A DNA stretch of 61,008 nucleotides, the filler included. It is 4 parts of 4 records of this genome, joined end to end, with 100 filler letters (N's around TTAATTAATTAA, not from the genome) between each part and the next. Parts side by side here need not be neighbours in the genome. Positions count along the whole stretch, not along the records: positions 1 to 27,727 come from DRR723986_8122; 3 more parts are not named here. One strand, given 5' to 3'. Within the stretch, counting starts at the first letter, position 1. The number at the start of each line of letters is the position of its first letter. The position numbers were made by a program, and so were the translations under genes. The notes beneath the pieces are model-generated. The model saw nothing but the letters and a program-made list of their open reading frames with translations, searched no databases and was not told the DNA's origin. Of the stretch, positions 9,639-20,355 are shown one piece after another.

Positions 9639-9908
9639 TCAGCCGATCACGGTCGGTATGCTCATGATCAAACGCTGGGTGTAGTCCACCAGTGTGGCCA
9701 GCATCCAGGGGCCGAGCAGTAGCAAAGTGGCGAAAATACCCAGAATTTTTGGAATGAATGACAAGGTCATTTCATTGATTTGCGTGGCAGCCTGCAAAAT
9801 ACTGACCAACAAACCCACGATCAGCGCCACCACCAACAGGGGGCCCGATACCATCAGCATCACTTCCAGTGCCGCCTGGCCCAAGTTCAATACAGTTTGG
9901 CTGTTCAT
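9639..9908 (-). CDS. fliQ: Flagellar export protein FliQ
   Basis: QAATQINEMTLSFIPK, GPWML. Confidence 0.97.
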   Translation of the reverse strand: MNSQTVLNLGQAALEVMLMVSGPLLVVALIVGLLVSILQAATQINEMTLSFIPKILGIFATLLLLGPWMLATLVDYTQRLIMSIPTVIG

Positions 9909-9928
9909 CTGCGCACGCTCAGTCTAGT

Positions 9929-10699
9929 TTAAGTCTCAAAGCTGGCCACCAGCGAGCCAACCAGCAAGGTCCATCCATCGACCAGCACAAACAGCATGAT
10001 CTTGAACGGCAGGGAGATCAGCATGGGCGACAGCATCATCATACCCATGGACATGAGTACGCTGGCCACGATCAGGTCAATCACCAGAAACGGCAGAAAT
10101 ATCATGAAGCCGATCTGAAACGCGGTTTTCAGTTCACTGGTGACAAATGCAGGGATCAATACCCGCAAGGGCACGTCTTCCGGATTCTCGACATTTTCCA
10201 CTTTGCCCAGGCGCATGAATAGTGCCAGATCAGGTTCTCGGGTCTGCTTTAGCATGAAATCTTTCATGGGTACGCTTGCCCTTTCAGTCATTTCCTGGAA
10301 TTCGATTTCATTGTTGGAGAACGGCAGGTAAGCGTTTTCATACACGCGATCAAACACCGGGGCCATGATGAAAAAGGTGAGAAACATGCTCAAGCCGATG
10401 ATGACCTGGTTGGGCGGTGAGTTTTGCGTGCCCAAGGCCATGCGCAACAACGACATCACGATCACGATGCGGGTAAAGCCCGTCATCATCAAGAGCAATG
10501 CGGGCAAAAAACTGAGGAAAGTAAAAAACAGCAGTGTTTGAATGGGCACGCTGTAATTGGTGGTGCCGTTGGCGCCGGGCGTGGCCGTAACACCGGGTAA
10601 CACCTGCTGGGCTTGCGCGTCAGGCCAGGCCCACAGAAGCAGCAAGAGCAGCAGGCCCAGGGTCATGAGTTTGCCTGCTGGGGTGCGTAGGGTGTTCAT
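9929..10699 (-). CDS. fliP: Flagellar export protein FliP
   Basis: MTGFTRIVIV, PPNQV, PAFVTSELKTAFQIGF, GMMMLSP, DGW. Confidence 0.97.
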   Translation of the reverse strand: MNTLRTPAGKLMTLGLLLLLLLWAWPDAQAQQVLPGVTATPGANGTTNYSVPIQTLLFFTFLSFLPALLLMMTGFTRIVIVMSLLRMALGTQNSPPNQVIIGLSMFLTFFIMAPVFDRVYENAYLPFSNNEIEFQEMTERASVPMKDFMLKQTREPDLALFMRLGKVENVENPEDVPLRVLIPAFVTSELKTAFQIGFMIFLPFLVIDLIVASVLMSMGMMMLSPMLISLPFKIMLFVLVDGWTLLVGSLVASFET

Positions 10700-11034
10700 G
10701 AGGATTTCACCTTGCCTGCTTTGACACGCTCGAGCATTTTTGCAAAATTCACAGCGGGATTTTGTAGTTCGTCCAGCACAATGCTGCCTGCTGGCATGCT
10801 GTGCAGGGTGTTGATGCTGCTGCTCGTCATGCCAAGCACCAGCCAGGTATCACCGATTTCAATCAGTACTATTTTTTCGCGTGGCCCCAAGGCCGAGGTG
10901 GCCAGCACTTTGTAAAAGCCACCACGGCGTTGTTGGTGACCAATGCCCATGCGTTTGAGTAACCACACCAGCGCCAGCAGCAGGCCGACCACAAACAGCA
11001 GGCCCAGTGTGGTTTGCACCAGATGGCCTGTCAT
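10696..11034 (-). CDS. fliO: Flagellar protein FliO
   Basis: N-terminal TM, LGPREKIVLIEIGD; between fliN and fliP. Confidence 0.9.
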   Translation of the reverse strand: MTGHLVQTTLGLLFVVGLLLALVWLLKRMGIGHQQRRGGFYKVLATSALGPREKIVLIEIGDTWLVLGMTSSSINTLHSMPAGSIVLDELQNPAVNFAKMLERVKAGKVKSS

Positions 11035-11097
11035 GAATGTCCCACCAAATTTTTATTTTTTTGTTGTAGTTGCATGCCTTTGTACTGCAAAAGGGTA

Positions 11098-11547
11098 TCA
11101 ACGGTTGAGTTTTCTCAAACGCTCGGATGGCGTGATGATGTCGGTCAATCGGATACCAAATTTGTCATTGACTACCACCACTTCGCCTTGCGCAATGAGG
11201 TAGCCGTTTACCAGCACATCCATCGGCTCGCCTGCGAGCCCGTCCAATTCAATGACGGAGCCTTGGGCCAGTTGCAAAATGTGCTTAATCGGTATCTTCG
11301 TCCGACCCAGCTCAACAGTCAACTGAACCGGAATGTCGAGAATCATGTCGATGTCGTTCTGCGTGCCTGAAGCCACACTTCCTGCAAAAGGCTGAAACAA
11401 ACCAGAGGCTGGTTTTGCATCGCTGGCCTGGGCAAACAGGTTGTCGGTGTCGTTGGTGCTTGTGGCTGTGGTACTGGCCTGTTCGGCCAGGGCTGCTGCC
11501 CAGTCATCGGCTGCGTCGGTTACGGTATCTACTTGCTGTTCAGACAT
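11098..11547 (-). CDS. fliN: Motor switch protein FliN
   Basis: DDWAAALAEQ, ILDIPVQLTVELGRT, GEVVVVNDKFGIR. Confidence 0.97.
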   Translation of the reverse strand: MSEQQVDTVTDAADDWAAALAEQASTTATSTNDTDNLFAQASDAKPASGLFQPFAGSVASGTQNDIDMILDIPVQLTVELGRTKIPIKHILQLAQGSVIELDGLAGEPMDVLVNGYLIAQGEVVVVNDKFGIRLTDIITPSERLRKLNR

Positions 11548-11569
11548 GGTGTGTTCCTTATCTTGATCG

Positions 11570-12616
11570 CTATTCGTGTGTTTTTTCAGCCTGCTTGGCT
11601 TCCTTGCTCAGCAAGGCTTCCAGGTTCAGCGCATCGGCATGCGAGTCGTTGCTCACAGCCAGAACTTCTTCAACTTTCAGTGCATACTGGCCACCACTGG
11701 TGCCGTAGCTGCAATTGAACACGGGCACATTGTCCACTCGTGCTTCAATCACTTTGTCAATTTCAATCGGGATCACATCACCGATTCTCAATTCCATGAT
11801 GTCGGCCACGGTCAGCTGGGTGCTGGCCAGGCTGGCCACCAAGTCCACTTCGGCCATTTGCACCTGCTTTTTAAGCATGGTTACCCAACGTTTGTCAGGT
11901 TCGGCCTGGTCTCCCTGCATGCTGGAATACAGCAAATCGCGAATGGGTTCCATGGTGGAGTAGGGGATACAAATATGAAGTGAACCGCCACCGGCACCCA
12001 ACTCAATCGAGAAGGAGGTGGTCACTACAATCTCGGAAGGCGTTGCAATGTTGGCAAACTGCGTGTGCATTTCAGATCGCAGGTATTCCGGTTTCAGGGG
12101 AAACACGGGTGCCCAGGCTTTCACAAATTCTTCCCGAATCACTTCCAGCATGCGGGCAATAATTCTCTGTTCGGTTTGGGTGAAGTCACGCCCTTCAACT
12201 CGGGTGTGGAAGCGACCGTCTCCGCCAAACAGGTTGTCGATCACAGCAAATACAAGACTGGGATCAAAAATGAACAGGGCATTGCCGCGCAGCGGCTTCA
12301 TCGCCATGATGTTCAGGTTGGTCGGTACTACCAGATTGCGAATGAATTCGTTGTACTTCAATACTTTCACGGGCCCCACGGAAATTTCCGGGCTTCTGCG
12401 CATGAAGTTGAACAAACCAATTCGAATTAACCGTGCAAAGCGCTCGTTGATGATTTCAAGCGTGGGCATACGGCCACGAACAATGCGTTCCTGGGTGGCC
12501 AGGTTGTAAGGGCGAACGCCTTCTGCGGTTTCAGACGCATCTTTCGTTTCTTCTTCGCCGTTCACGCCCCTGAGCAGGGCATCAACTTCATCTTGTGAAA
12601 GAAATTCTCCGGGCAT
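11570..12616 (-). CDS. fliM: Motor switch protein FliM
   Basis: LSQDEVDALL CheY-binding peptide, RIVRGRMPTLEIINERFAR, FGGDG. Confidence 0.97.
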   Translation of the reverse strand: MPGEFLSQDEVDALLRGVNGEEETKDASETAEGVRPYNLATQERIVRGRMPTLEIINERFARLIRIGLFNFMRRSPEISVGPVKVLKYNEFIRNLVVPTNLNIMAMKPLRGNALFIFDPSLVFAVIDNLFGGDGRFHTRVEGRDFTQTEQRIIARMLEVIREEFVKAWAPVFPLKPEYLRSEMHTQFANIATPSEIVVTTSFSIELGAGGGSLHICIPYSTMEPIRDLLYSSMQGDQAEPDKRWVTMLKKQVQMAEVDLVASLASTQLTVADIMELRIGDVIPIEIDKVIEARVDNVPVFNCSYGTSGGQYALKVEEVLAVSNDSHADALNLEALLSKEAKQAEKTHE

Positions 12617-12632
12617 GTTGCAGCGCGTCCTG

Positions 12633-13151
12633 TTACTGAATCACAAAGCTGGAAAAATGCACATCGCGAATTCCGCGCGTGGGGTCTTTCGGGTCGCCTT
12701 TGATGGTGACGCGAGCCAGGTCTACCAACTCATCCATCAGCTGTTGCTTACCTTCGATCGATGTCAGGTTGCCCACGTTTTTGCCAGACAACACCAATAA
12801 AATGCGGCTGCGAATCACGGGTGTGTAGTTCTTGATTTCTTCGGCTTGTGCGGGACCGCTCACTTCATAGGTGATGCCAATTTGCAGGTAACGGGTGGTA
12901 TCTGGCTCGGCCAGGTTGACTACAAACTGGTCCATGACCACGAATGTGGGTGGGCCCAATGGTGTTTCGACCTTTTCTTCTGCGGCGCCTTCACCACCTT
13001 GGCCACCCAGCAGAAAAAAGGCTGCTGCGCCGCCAGCGGCAAGAACGGTCAATACGATTGCAAGAATCAGGATCAGTTTTTTCTTGGATCCTTTTTCGGG
13101 CGCTGCTGCTTCTGGGGCTACTGCAGCGGGTGCCGGGGCGACTCTGGCCAT
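12633..13151 (-). CDS. fliL: Flagellar basal-body protein FliL
   Basis: KKKLIL plus TM, FVVNLA, PVIRSRILLVLS, VHFSSFVIQ. Confidence 0.93.
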   Translation of the reverse strand: MARVAPAPAAVAPEAAAPEKGSKKKLILILAIVLTVLAAGGAAAFFLLGGQGGEGAAEEKVETPLGPPTFVVMDQFVVNLAEPDTTRYLQIGITYEVSGPAQAEEIKNYTPVIRSRILLVLSGKNVGNLTSIEGKQQLMDELVDLARVTIKGDPKDPTRGIRDVHFSSFVIQ

Positions 13152-13279
13152 GCTTGACTCCGTAAGTTCAATTGCTGTTGTGTGTCACTTTCAAACTCTA
13201 TTGTGTCTGAAAGGTTTCCGAGCAAACCCCTGAAAAGCCGTGTTGTTTGGACCCAATTCATTCGTCAGGCCTGTGTGGA

Positions 13280-14767
13280 TCAGGCAAACAGGTCGAGCTT
13301 GCCCTCAGGCCTTCTGGACACGGCGGTGGTGGCAGGTCCACCAGTTTCTGGCTGGGAATTGTCGCCACCAGCTGCATGTTGTCCATGGCCTTGGCCCTGG
13401 TTCCGGTTCTGATCAAACTGGGTTTGACTGTTGTTGGGCTGACCTTGCTGGTTGGATGGGTTGCCGTGTTGAATCTGCACCTGGTTCAGTTGCAGGCCAT
13501 TCTGGGCCAACACTTCTTTCAAGCCACCCAAGGCCTGGGTCAACAGGTTGGCTGAAGCTTCATCCTGGGTGCGAATCACGAGTTGAACCTGTTGGCCTTT
13601 CTGCACCAGACGCATGTTCATGGGACCAAAACTTTCGGGATTCACGCGAATGTCAACGGTGGACAAATTCTTGCCGATGGCCCATTGCACGGTTTGTCCC
13701 AGTTCCTTGGCAAACCCGGGTTGATTGACCGGTGTTTTGATCAGGGCTTGTTGCGCTGTACCTGCCGAGCCTGTCAGACCGTTGGTGCCTGCGGCAATCC
13801 CTGTGGTCGTGCCCGCGGATTGCAGGTTGCCTGTGGCCAGAATTTTCTGGCCTACTTTCAAACCTTCCTCGCCAAAGCCTTCAACCATGGCCTGTGCCTG
13901 TTGGGTGATTTGTGGAGCAATTTGTGGGTTCAGTTGCTGGTTTAACTGTGCCTGAACCGTGTTGCCTAAATTACCCGGGCCAGCTTCAGCCCGCACTTGC
14001 ACCGCGCTGTTGGCCACGGTGGCGTCAGCTTTCAACTGGGTGGTGGTTTTAAGGTCAGGGCGTGTTTTGTCTGCACCAGCCAGTTCATTGCCGGTGGCTT
14101 GTTCTGGTTTTGTTGGATTGATCAACTGCGCCACGGGCTCGCCATCGGTGGCACGGTTCAATGCCAGTTCGGCTGTCGGGGTTGTTGTATCAAGCGCGAC
14201 TTCGCTGTTTGCCGCGTTTGCAATGGTGCCAGGCAATCCAACTTTCGCTGCTTGTTCTGTATTGTTGTCTGCGTTTTGTTCCGGTGTTTGCTGCGCCCCA
14301 CGAGAACTTGCCCGGCTGTTCTCGCTGCTTGTTGATGCATTGGTTGAATCAGTGGGAGCCGTGTTGTCAGGGGTATTGCTTTCGGCCCTGTTTTCCGGCG
14401 TAACAGCCTGCTTTGCAACTTCGGTGTTTTTAGCCACTGCCGCTGTGGCCACTGTTGTAGCCTGCTGCACGGGTGTGGTTTGCATCCAGTTGCGCTGCGC
14501 CCACACAGCCGCTTGCGCTGCCTGTGCGGCCTCAGCGTTGGCTGTGCTTTCATTGTTCTTTTTGGGCTTGTTTTGTTGATACAAACTTTCCCGCAATTGG
14601 GTTTCAATGCTGTTGAGTTGCGCTTTGGGCGCGGATTGACCCAATGCTGAACTGAACAGTTCGGTGAAATTCAGGTCAGGTTCTTGCTGGCCTTGCTTGG
14701 GCTTGTTGCCCACCGAAGGGGTTTGCACTTTGTTGACATGGTTCATGGCTTGGGTACTCGTGTTCAT
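13280..14767 (-). CDS. fliK: Hook-length control protein FliK
   Basis: Low-complexity Q/A/T/N N-terminus; C-terminal IRVNPESFGPM...LKEVLAQNGLQL domain; between fliJ and fliL. Confidence 0.88.
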   Translation of the reverse strand: MNTSTQAMNHVNKVQTPSVGNKPKQGQQEPDLNFTELFSSALGQSAPKAQLNSIETQLRESLYQQNKPKKNNESTANAEAAQAAQAAVWAQRNWMQTTPVQQATTVATAAVAKNTEVAKQAVTPENRAESNTPDNTAPTDSTNASTSSENSRASSRGAQQTPEQNADNNTEQAAKVGLPGTIANAANSEVALDTTTPTAELALNRATDGEPVAQLINPTKPEQATGNELAGADKTRPDLKTTTQLKADATVANSAVQVRAEAGPGNLGNTVQAQLNQQLNPQIAPQITQQAQAMVEGFGEEGLKVGQKILATGNLQSAGTTTGIAAGTNGLTGSAGTAQQALIKTPVNQPGFAKELGQTVQWAIGKNLSTVDIRVNPESFGPMNMRLVQKGQQVQLVIRTQDEASANLLTQALGGLKEVLAQNGLQLNQVQIQHGNPSNQQGQPNNSQTQFDQNRNQGQGHGQHAAGGDNSQPETGGPATTAVSRRPEGKLDLFA

Positions 14768-15219
14768 GAGGGCTCCCCGGCTGTGTGAACCCGGTAAATG
14801 CGTGCGGCAAATTCATCGTTCATTTTTTGGTCGCGCTTGTTTTCAAGCTTCGCCTGTTTGATTTTTTCACGTTCCACCAAGGCTTCAAATTTGCGCTGTT
14901 CGGCCAGTGCGTCTTGCCATTGCGTACGCTGATGGGCCAGTGTGGTGTTCAGAAATTCGATTTCGCGGCTTTGTTGCTCAATGGCTTGTGCAATTTTGCC
15001 GACAAAGGCCAACTGGTTGCGCAGCTGCTGTCCGGTCATGCCGGTGCTGGCTTTGTTGTGCATACCGCCCTCGCATTCATCGCGGTAGGTCTGCAGCATA
15101 TTGAGCTTGTCCTGGCCTTGAACCAGTTTTTGCTGGGTGCTGGCCATGTTTCTGGCCAGGTTGTCGGCCTTCTCGCTGGCCTGTTCAATCAGGATTTGCA
15201 GCACATTACTCATGGGCAT
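14764..15219 (-). CDS. fliJ: Flagellar export chaperone FliJ
   Basis: Coiled coil, LQTYRDE, DQKMNDEFA; follows fliI. Confidence 0.92.
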   Translation of the reverse strand: MPMSNVLQILIEQASEKADNLARNMASTQQKLVQGQDKLNMLQTYRDECEGGMHNKASTGMTGQQLRNQLAFVGKIAQAIEQQSREIEFLNTTLAHQRTQWQDALAEQRKFEALVEREKIKQAKLENKRDQKMNDEFAARIYRVHTAGEPS

Positions 15220-15228
15220 CCAAGCGGT

Positions 15229-16635
15229 TTAGTGTTTGTCGTTTTTAAATTCGTTCGGAAATAACGATTGAAGGCCTGCGAGCGCTTCATCGAAACTTGC
15301 ACTCTCTAACATTGACTGTTGCAGCAGGTTTTCAATCTTTGGATAAAGGGCCAAAGAATGGTCCAATTGTGGGTCTGCCCCCGGCGAGTAAGCGCCCACG
15401 GTGATCAGGTCACGGTTTCGCTGAACCCGGGAGAAAGCGGCTTTCAAGCCACGGGCCGCATTCAAATGGCCTGCGGGCACAATATTGTGCATGGCCCGTG
15501 AAATGGACTGCTCAATGTCAATGGCAGGGTAGTGGCCGCTTTCTGCCAGTTGGCGTGACAGCACAATGTGGCCATCCAGAATGGCGCGGGCTGAGTCGGC
15601 AATGGGGTCTTGTTGATCGTCACCTTCGGTCAACACAGTGTAAAACGCAGTAATCGAGCCTCCGCCTTTTCTGCCATTGCCTGCCCTTTCTACCAATGTG
15701 GGCAGTTTGGCGAACACGCTGGGCGGGTAGCCTTTGGTGGCAGGGGGTTCGCCGATGGCCAAGGCGATTTCACGTTGGGCCATGGCGTAGCGTGTCAGTG
15801 AATCCATGATCATCAGCACGTTGTGGCCCTGATCCCGGAAATGCTCGGCCACCACCTGGGTGTAGGCTGCGCCTTGCATTCGAAGCAGGGGGCTGACGTC
15901 CGCAGGTGCAGCAATCACCACGCTGCGCTTTAAACCTTCCTCGCCTAGAATCTGTTCAATGAATTCTTTGACTTCTCGACCACGTTCACCAATGAGGCCC
16001 ACCACAACACGGTCGGCTTTGGTGTAACGGGCCATCATGCCCAACAACACTGATTTGCCCACACCCGAGCCTGCCATCAGGCCAATACGCTGACCTCGGC
16101 CAACCGTGAGCAGGGCATTGATGGCTCGGACGCCCACATCCAGTGGTTCGGAGATGGGTTCCCTCTCCAGTGGATTGATTGGGCGGGCAGCCAGTGGGCT
16201 GCGTTTTTCGAATTTCAGTTCACCCAGGGTATCCAGTGGGCGGCCATTGCTGTCCACCACACGACCCAACAGGCTGTCGCCCACAGGCAGGTGTTTGGTT
16301 TTGTCTTCAGGCCTGCGCCAGGGGTGCGCTTTTACACCCAACTTGGGTGCGATGGGAGGGGGCTCCTGTGCAATAACCTTGGCACCGGGTGTCATGCCGT
16401 GCACATCAGTGGCAGGCATCAAAAACAGCTTGTCGCCATTAAAGCCCACCACTTCAGCTTCCAGCGGCGGGGCACCTTTTTGTACCACAGTGCAGACACT
16501 GCCCACGGGCAGCTTCAGGCCCACAGCTTCCATGACCAAACCGGCCACGCGGGTCAGTTTGCCAGTGGCAATTTGGGGCTGGCTGTGTTCAACCAGAAAT
16601 TTGCATTCGTCGATCCATTCCAGCAGGTCGGCCAT
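15229..16635 (-). CDS. fliI: Flagellar export ATPase FliI
   Basis: Walker [43 protein letters not shown]. Confidence 0.98.
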   Translation of the reverse strand: MADLLEWIDECKFLVEHSQPQIATGKLTRVAGLVMEAVGLKLPVGSVCTVVQKGAPPLEAEVVGFNGDKLFLMPATDVHGMTPGAKVIAQEPPPIAPKLGVKAHPWRRPEDKTKHLPVGDSLLGRVVDSNGRPLDTLGELKFEKRSPLAARPINPLEREPISEPLDVGVRAINALLTVGRGQRIGLMAGSGVGKSVLLGMMARYTKADRVVVGLIGERGREVKEFIEQILGEEGLKRSVVIAAPADVSPLLRMQGAAYTQVVAEHFRDQGHNVLMIMDSLTRYAMAQREIALAIGEPPATKGYPPSVFAKLPTLVERAGNGRKGGGSITAFYTVLTEGDDQQDPIADSARAILDGHIVLSRQLAESGHYPAIDIEQSISRAMHNIVPAGHLNAARGLKAAFSRVQRNRDLITVGAYSPGADPQLDHSLALYPKIENLLQQSMLESASFDEALAGLQSLFPNEFKNDKH

Positions 16636-17379
16636 TTACTCAGTGTCCTCTGGATTCAATGGGTTGTGTCGGCCCAAAGCCTCAATGGCCCGTAGCCAGC
16701 GGGTTTGAAGCGTTGCATCCACTTCGCCTTCCGGGTGTTGAAGTAAAAAACCACCTTGCAGTTGCTTGGGGTCTTCGATCATGCGCAGATTGCCCAGCAT
16801 TTGCTGGTCGCCGAATTGGGCTTCAAGCACGCGAATGGTGTTGGGGTGAGCACGCAGCGTGACTGCTTTGCTGTGCAACTGCATGCTTTCCAGCACCTGG
16901 TTCAACAATTCGGCTGCGTATTCAGGGTGCAGGGCGAGTGTGTCGCCAATCACTTTCTTGCTGACCAGCACCGCCAGATCAAGCAGTTTTTCAGACAATT
17001 CGCTTTTGAAGCGTTCGAACTCCGCTTCCATGGTGCTGGCGGCCTGCACCAACACCACGCGTTCATTGTGTGCTGCATTCCAGCCCGCTTCATAGCCCAA
17101 TTGCTGACCACGTTCTTCGGCCTGTTTCAGTGTGTCTTTTTCAAGTTCTTCCAGTTGTTTTTCGCGTCGGGCCAATGCCTGTTCCCATTCCTTCAGGCGG
17201 AGTTCCTCCGCAGTGGGGGCCGGTGCCGGGGCGAGGACTGAGGCTTCGGTCTGATGACGATTGATTTCTGCCATCATCCGGTCCACGGGGTTTTCATAAC
17301 GTGAACCAATCAATTCAACTGACCAGCTGGGTAGCTCTGCCGCGTCGAGTCCGCGAATAATGCGGTTAGATGAACGCAT
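16636..17379 (-). CDS. fliH: Flagellar assembly protein FliH
   Basis: AEERGQQLGYEAG GxxxG repeats, GEVDATLQTRW; start may be 17394. Confidence 0.9.
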   Translation of the reverse strand: MRSSNRIIRGLDAAELPSWSVELIGSRYENPVDRMMAEINRHQTEASVLAPAPAPTAEELRLKEWEQALARREKQLEELEKDTLKQAEERGQQLGYEAGWNAAHNERVVLVQAASTMEAEFERFKSELSEKLLDLAVLVSKKVIGDTLALHPEYAAELLNQVLESMQLHSKAVTLRAHPNTIRVLEAQFGDQQMLGNLRMIEDPKQLQGGFLLQHPEGEVDATLQTRWLRAIEALGRHNPLNPEDTE

Positions 17380-18367
17380 CTTCTCCGCCTCCACCCAATA
17401 CTACTTCGCCGGCATCAGCCAGTTTTCTGGCCACTTTCAGTACATCTTTCTGTGCCGCTTCCACTTCAGAGAGGCGAACCGGGCCACGGCTTTCGAGATC
17501 GTCGCGCAAGGCCTCTGCTGCTCGGCTGGACATGTTCTTGAACACTTTTTCCCGAATCGCTTCGTCTGCACCTTTCAGTGCAATCACCAACAGGTCGGTT
17601 TGTACATCGCGCAGAATGCTTTGCATGCCGCGGTCGTCGATGTCGAGCAAGTTGTCAAAAGTGAACATTTCATCCTGAATGCGCTGGCTGAGTTCGTTGT
17701 CGTATTCGCGGATGGTGTCGAGTACTGTCTTCTCGGAAGTGGTGCCCACAAAGTTCAGAATTTCTGCTGCAGCACGCACACCACCCAAGGTTGTCTTTTT
17801 CAGCTTGTCGCCACCAGCCAGCACTTTGGACAGCACATCATTCAGTTCCAGCAAGGCATTGGGTTGAATGCCATCAATCGTGGCTATTCGCAGTACTACA
17901 TCACTGCGCAGACGATCTACAAACAGGTTCAGGATAGCCGCAGCAAAGTCGCGTTCCAGGTGAACCAGAATGGTGGCAATGATCTGTGGGTGTTCGTTTT
18001 TAATCAGCTCAGCCACAGTCGCCGGGTCCATCCACTTCAAGCCTTCAATGCCAGAAGTGTCGCTGCCTTGCAAAATGCGATCCAGCAAGAAACCGGCCTT
18101 GTCCTCGCCCAGTGCCTTGGTCAACACGCTGCGAATGTAGGCATCGGAGTCCAGGCCAAGCGCACTCTGACTCTGTGCCAGATTGACAACCTCTCCGGCG
18201 ATTTCCTCGATGCGTTCAATCGGTACATCTTTTGTTTTCGACATCTGCTGCCCCAGGCGCTGTACCTCTTTGGGGCCCAGATACTTGAATACTTCTGCAG
18301 CCTCTTCCTCGCCCAAGCTAAGCATCAGGATTGCGCCTTTTTGAATGCCAAGTTCGCTTTCTGCCAT
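17366..18367 (-). CDS. fliG: Motor switch protein FliG
   Basis: EHPQIIA, MFTFDNL, NMSSRAA, GPVRLSEVEAAQ. Confidence 0.98.
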   Translation of the reverse strand: MAESELGIQKGAILMLSLGEEEAAEVFKYLGPKEVQRLGQQMSKTKDVPIERIEEIAGEVVNLAQSQSALGLDSDAYIRSVLTKALGEDKAGFLLDRILQGSDTSGIEGLKWMDPATVAELIKNEHPQIIATILVHLERDFAAAILNLFVDRLRSDVVLRIATIDGIQPNALLELNDVLSKVLAGGDKLKKTTLGGVRAAAEILNFVGTTSEKTVLDTIREYDNELSQRIQDEMFTFDNLLDIDDRGMQSILRDVQTDLLVIALKGADEAIREKVFKNMSSRAAEALRDDLESRGPVRLSEVEAAQKDVLKVARKLADAGEVVLGGGGEDAFI

Positions 18368-18403
18368 GGTATTGATTCCTTGTAGTGCTTCGTCAGGCGG
18401 GCC

Positions 18404-20131
18404 TTAGCCGTTCTGTGTTTCGCCGTTGACCCAGTTCTTCACGATGCTGGCAACAATCTGTGGATGTTCTTTAGCCAATTGGCGCAGCTTCTCCATTTTT
18501 TCCTGGCGATTCATGCCGGGCAGGGTGCCTTCGCGTTGCAGTTGCTCAAGCAATTCTGCGTCGTTGTCACCACCCACCTGGTTGGCCAGGAGTGGCATGC
18601 GTTGTCCGGGCAGCAATTCGGGCCCTTCATCAAACAAATCAACTTCGGCCGGCTTCATCATGGGGCGCAGTACACCGAACACCAGAATGGCTGCGATCAG
18701 CGCAATGCCGATTGGCATGCCCAGTGATTTCGCCAGGTCCATGGTTTCCTGCTGTGCCCACATGGGGATGGATTGCTCTTCAACTTTGGTGAAAGCCTGG
18801 TTGACCACATTGACTGCATCGCCGCGTTGTTCGTCAAAACCAATGGCCTGTTTGACCAAGCTGTCCAGTTGGGTGATTTCCTCAGGGGTCAGGGGCACCT
18901 GGCGCGTTTCGCCTTTGGGGTCGGTGATTGTTTTGTAGTTCACCACCACTGCGGCCGACAGGCGTTGAATTTTTCCAACCTGCGATTTCGTGTATTGAAC
19001 CGATTTGTCCACTTCGTAGTTCACCGTGGAATCTTTCCGGCTGCTGCTGTTGGTTTGTGTGGCAGTGTTGTTACCGCCGTTCACGCCATTGGCCAGTGCC
19101 TGTTGTGGGTTCTGACCGATGTTGGCTGCTGCTTCTCCGGGAGGCGTGTTGGCCATGACACCGGGTATTCCTTGTGGGTTGGCATTGCTGCTGCCGTCAT
19201 TGGATTCGCTGATCTGCTGGCTACGAATCGTGGCTTGTGTTGCGTCACCATTGGGTTTGTAAATTTCATCAGTGCGCTCGGAAGTCGAGTAATCCATGTT
19301 TGCAGTCACGGTGGCACGGACGTTTTCGCTGCCGAACACGGGGCTGAGAATATCGACAATTCGGCTGGTCAGGCTTTGTTCAATCTGGTTGGTGTAGGCC
19401 AGCTGCGTGGGGTTCAAACCACTTTCCAGTTGTGTTTTGCCGGTGAGCAACCGACCAGACTGGTCCACAATGCTGACGTCTTCCGGGTTCATGCCCGGCA
19501 GGCTTGAGGCGACCAAATGCACAATGCCGTTGATTTGGGGCTCCGAGAGTGTGCGGCTGCCAAACAGGTTCAGCACAATCGATGCGCTGGGCGTTTGTTT
19601 TTCGCGGATGAAAATGGATGGCTTTGGAATGGCCAAATGCACACGTGCACTTTGCACGGCCGAGATGGATTGAATGGAGCGAACCAGTTCACCTTCCAGT
19701 GCACGCTGGTAATTCACTTGTTCCTGAAACTGGGTAATACCCAGTTTCTGATTGTCCATGGCCTCAAAACCGCTGACGCTGCCCTTGGGCAGGCCTTGGC
19801 TGGCAAGGGCCAGGCGTGTGTCGTACACCTTTTCAGAGGGCACCAGAATGGCAGTACCGGCGGTATTGAATTCATAGGGCACTTTCATCTGGGTCAGTGC
19901 TTCAACAATCGCACCACCATCTTGATCATTCAGACCGCTGAACAGAACACGGTAGGTGGTCTGGTTGGCCCACATCAGCAGAGAGGCAATCACCGCGATC
20001 AGCAATGGCACACCAATCAATATGCCCATTTTGTTTTTTTGGGGCAGTTTTGCGAAACGTTGCTGCATATTGGTAATCGGGTTGTTGCCAACCGGGCCGA
20101 TCACTTCGGGGCTGCTGAGAACTTCTGCCAT
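18404..20131 (-). CDS. fliF: MS-ring protein FliF
   Basis: YQRALEGEL, ARVHLAIPK, ASIVL, NYEVDK, RLSAAVVVN; two TM segments. Confidence 0.97.
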   Translation of the reverse strand: MAEVLSSPEVIGPVGNNPITNMQQRFAKLPQKNKMGILIGVPLLIAVIASLLMWANQTTYRVLFSGLNDQDGGAIVEALTQMKVPYEFNTAGTAILVPSEKVYDTRLALASQGLPKGSVSGFEAMDNQKLGITQFQEQVNYQRALEGELVRSIQSISAVQSARVHLAIPKPSIFIREKQTPSASIVLNLFGSRTLSEPQINGIVHLVASSLPGMNPEDVSIVDQSGRLLTGKTQLESGLNPTQLAYTNQIEQSLTSRIVDILSPVFGSENVRATVTANMDYSTSERTDEIYKPNGDATQATIRSQQISESNDGSSNANPQGIPGVMANTPPGEAAANIGQNPQQALANGVNGGNNTATQTNSSSRKDSTVNYEVDKSVQYTKSQVGKIQRLSAAVVVNYKTITDPKGETRQVPLTPEEITQLDSLVKQAIGFDEQRGDAVNVVNQAFTKVEEQSIPMWAQQETMDLAKSLGMPIGIALIAAILVFGVLRPMMKPAEVDLFDEGPELLPGQRMPLLANQVGGDNDAELLEQLQREGTLPGMNRQEKMEKLRQLAKEHPQIVASIVKNWVNGETQNG

Positions 20132-20216
20132 GGAATACCTGCATGTGGGTTAAATATTGTTCTACCCATGCATTGTGCTTGCTGGGGTATGCAAGCAATT
20201 CAGTAAAAAGGGGGCT

Positions 20217-20243
20217 TTAACGGCACCTATTTCAAAAACTTGA
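20217..20243 (-). promoter_or_regulatory. Sigma-28 (FliA)-like promoter upstream of fliF
   Basis: Minus strand TCAAGTTT-N11-GCCGTTAA versus consensus TAAAGTTT-N11-GCCGATAA. Confidence 0.5.
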
Positions 20244-20355
20244 GGGTGACGTTTAAAAAATAAGGGGGGTTTTACCCCTTGTTTGTGGCAATGGCTTGCC
20301 CCGCTTGCCTGTACAAAGAGAGGGTACAAACAATAATTCCGCGTTGGAGTGTTTC

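Noticed and set aside
17360-18385. 341-aa ORF antisense to fliG and other long antisense ORFs across the flagellar, relA, era and T1SS genes
   Set aside because: Expected from codon bias on the opposite strand; no recognisable domains
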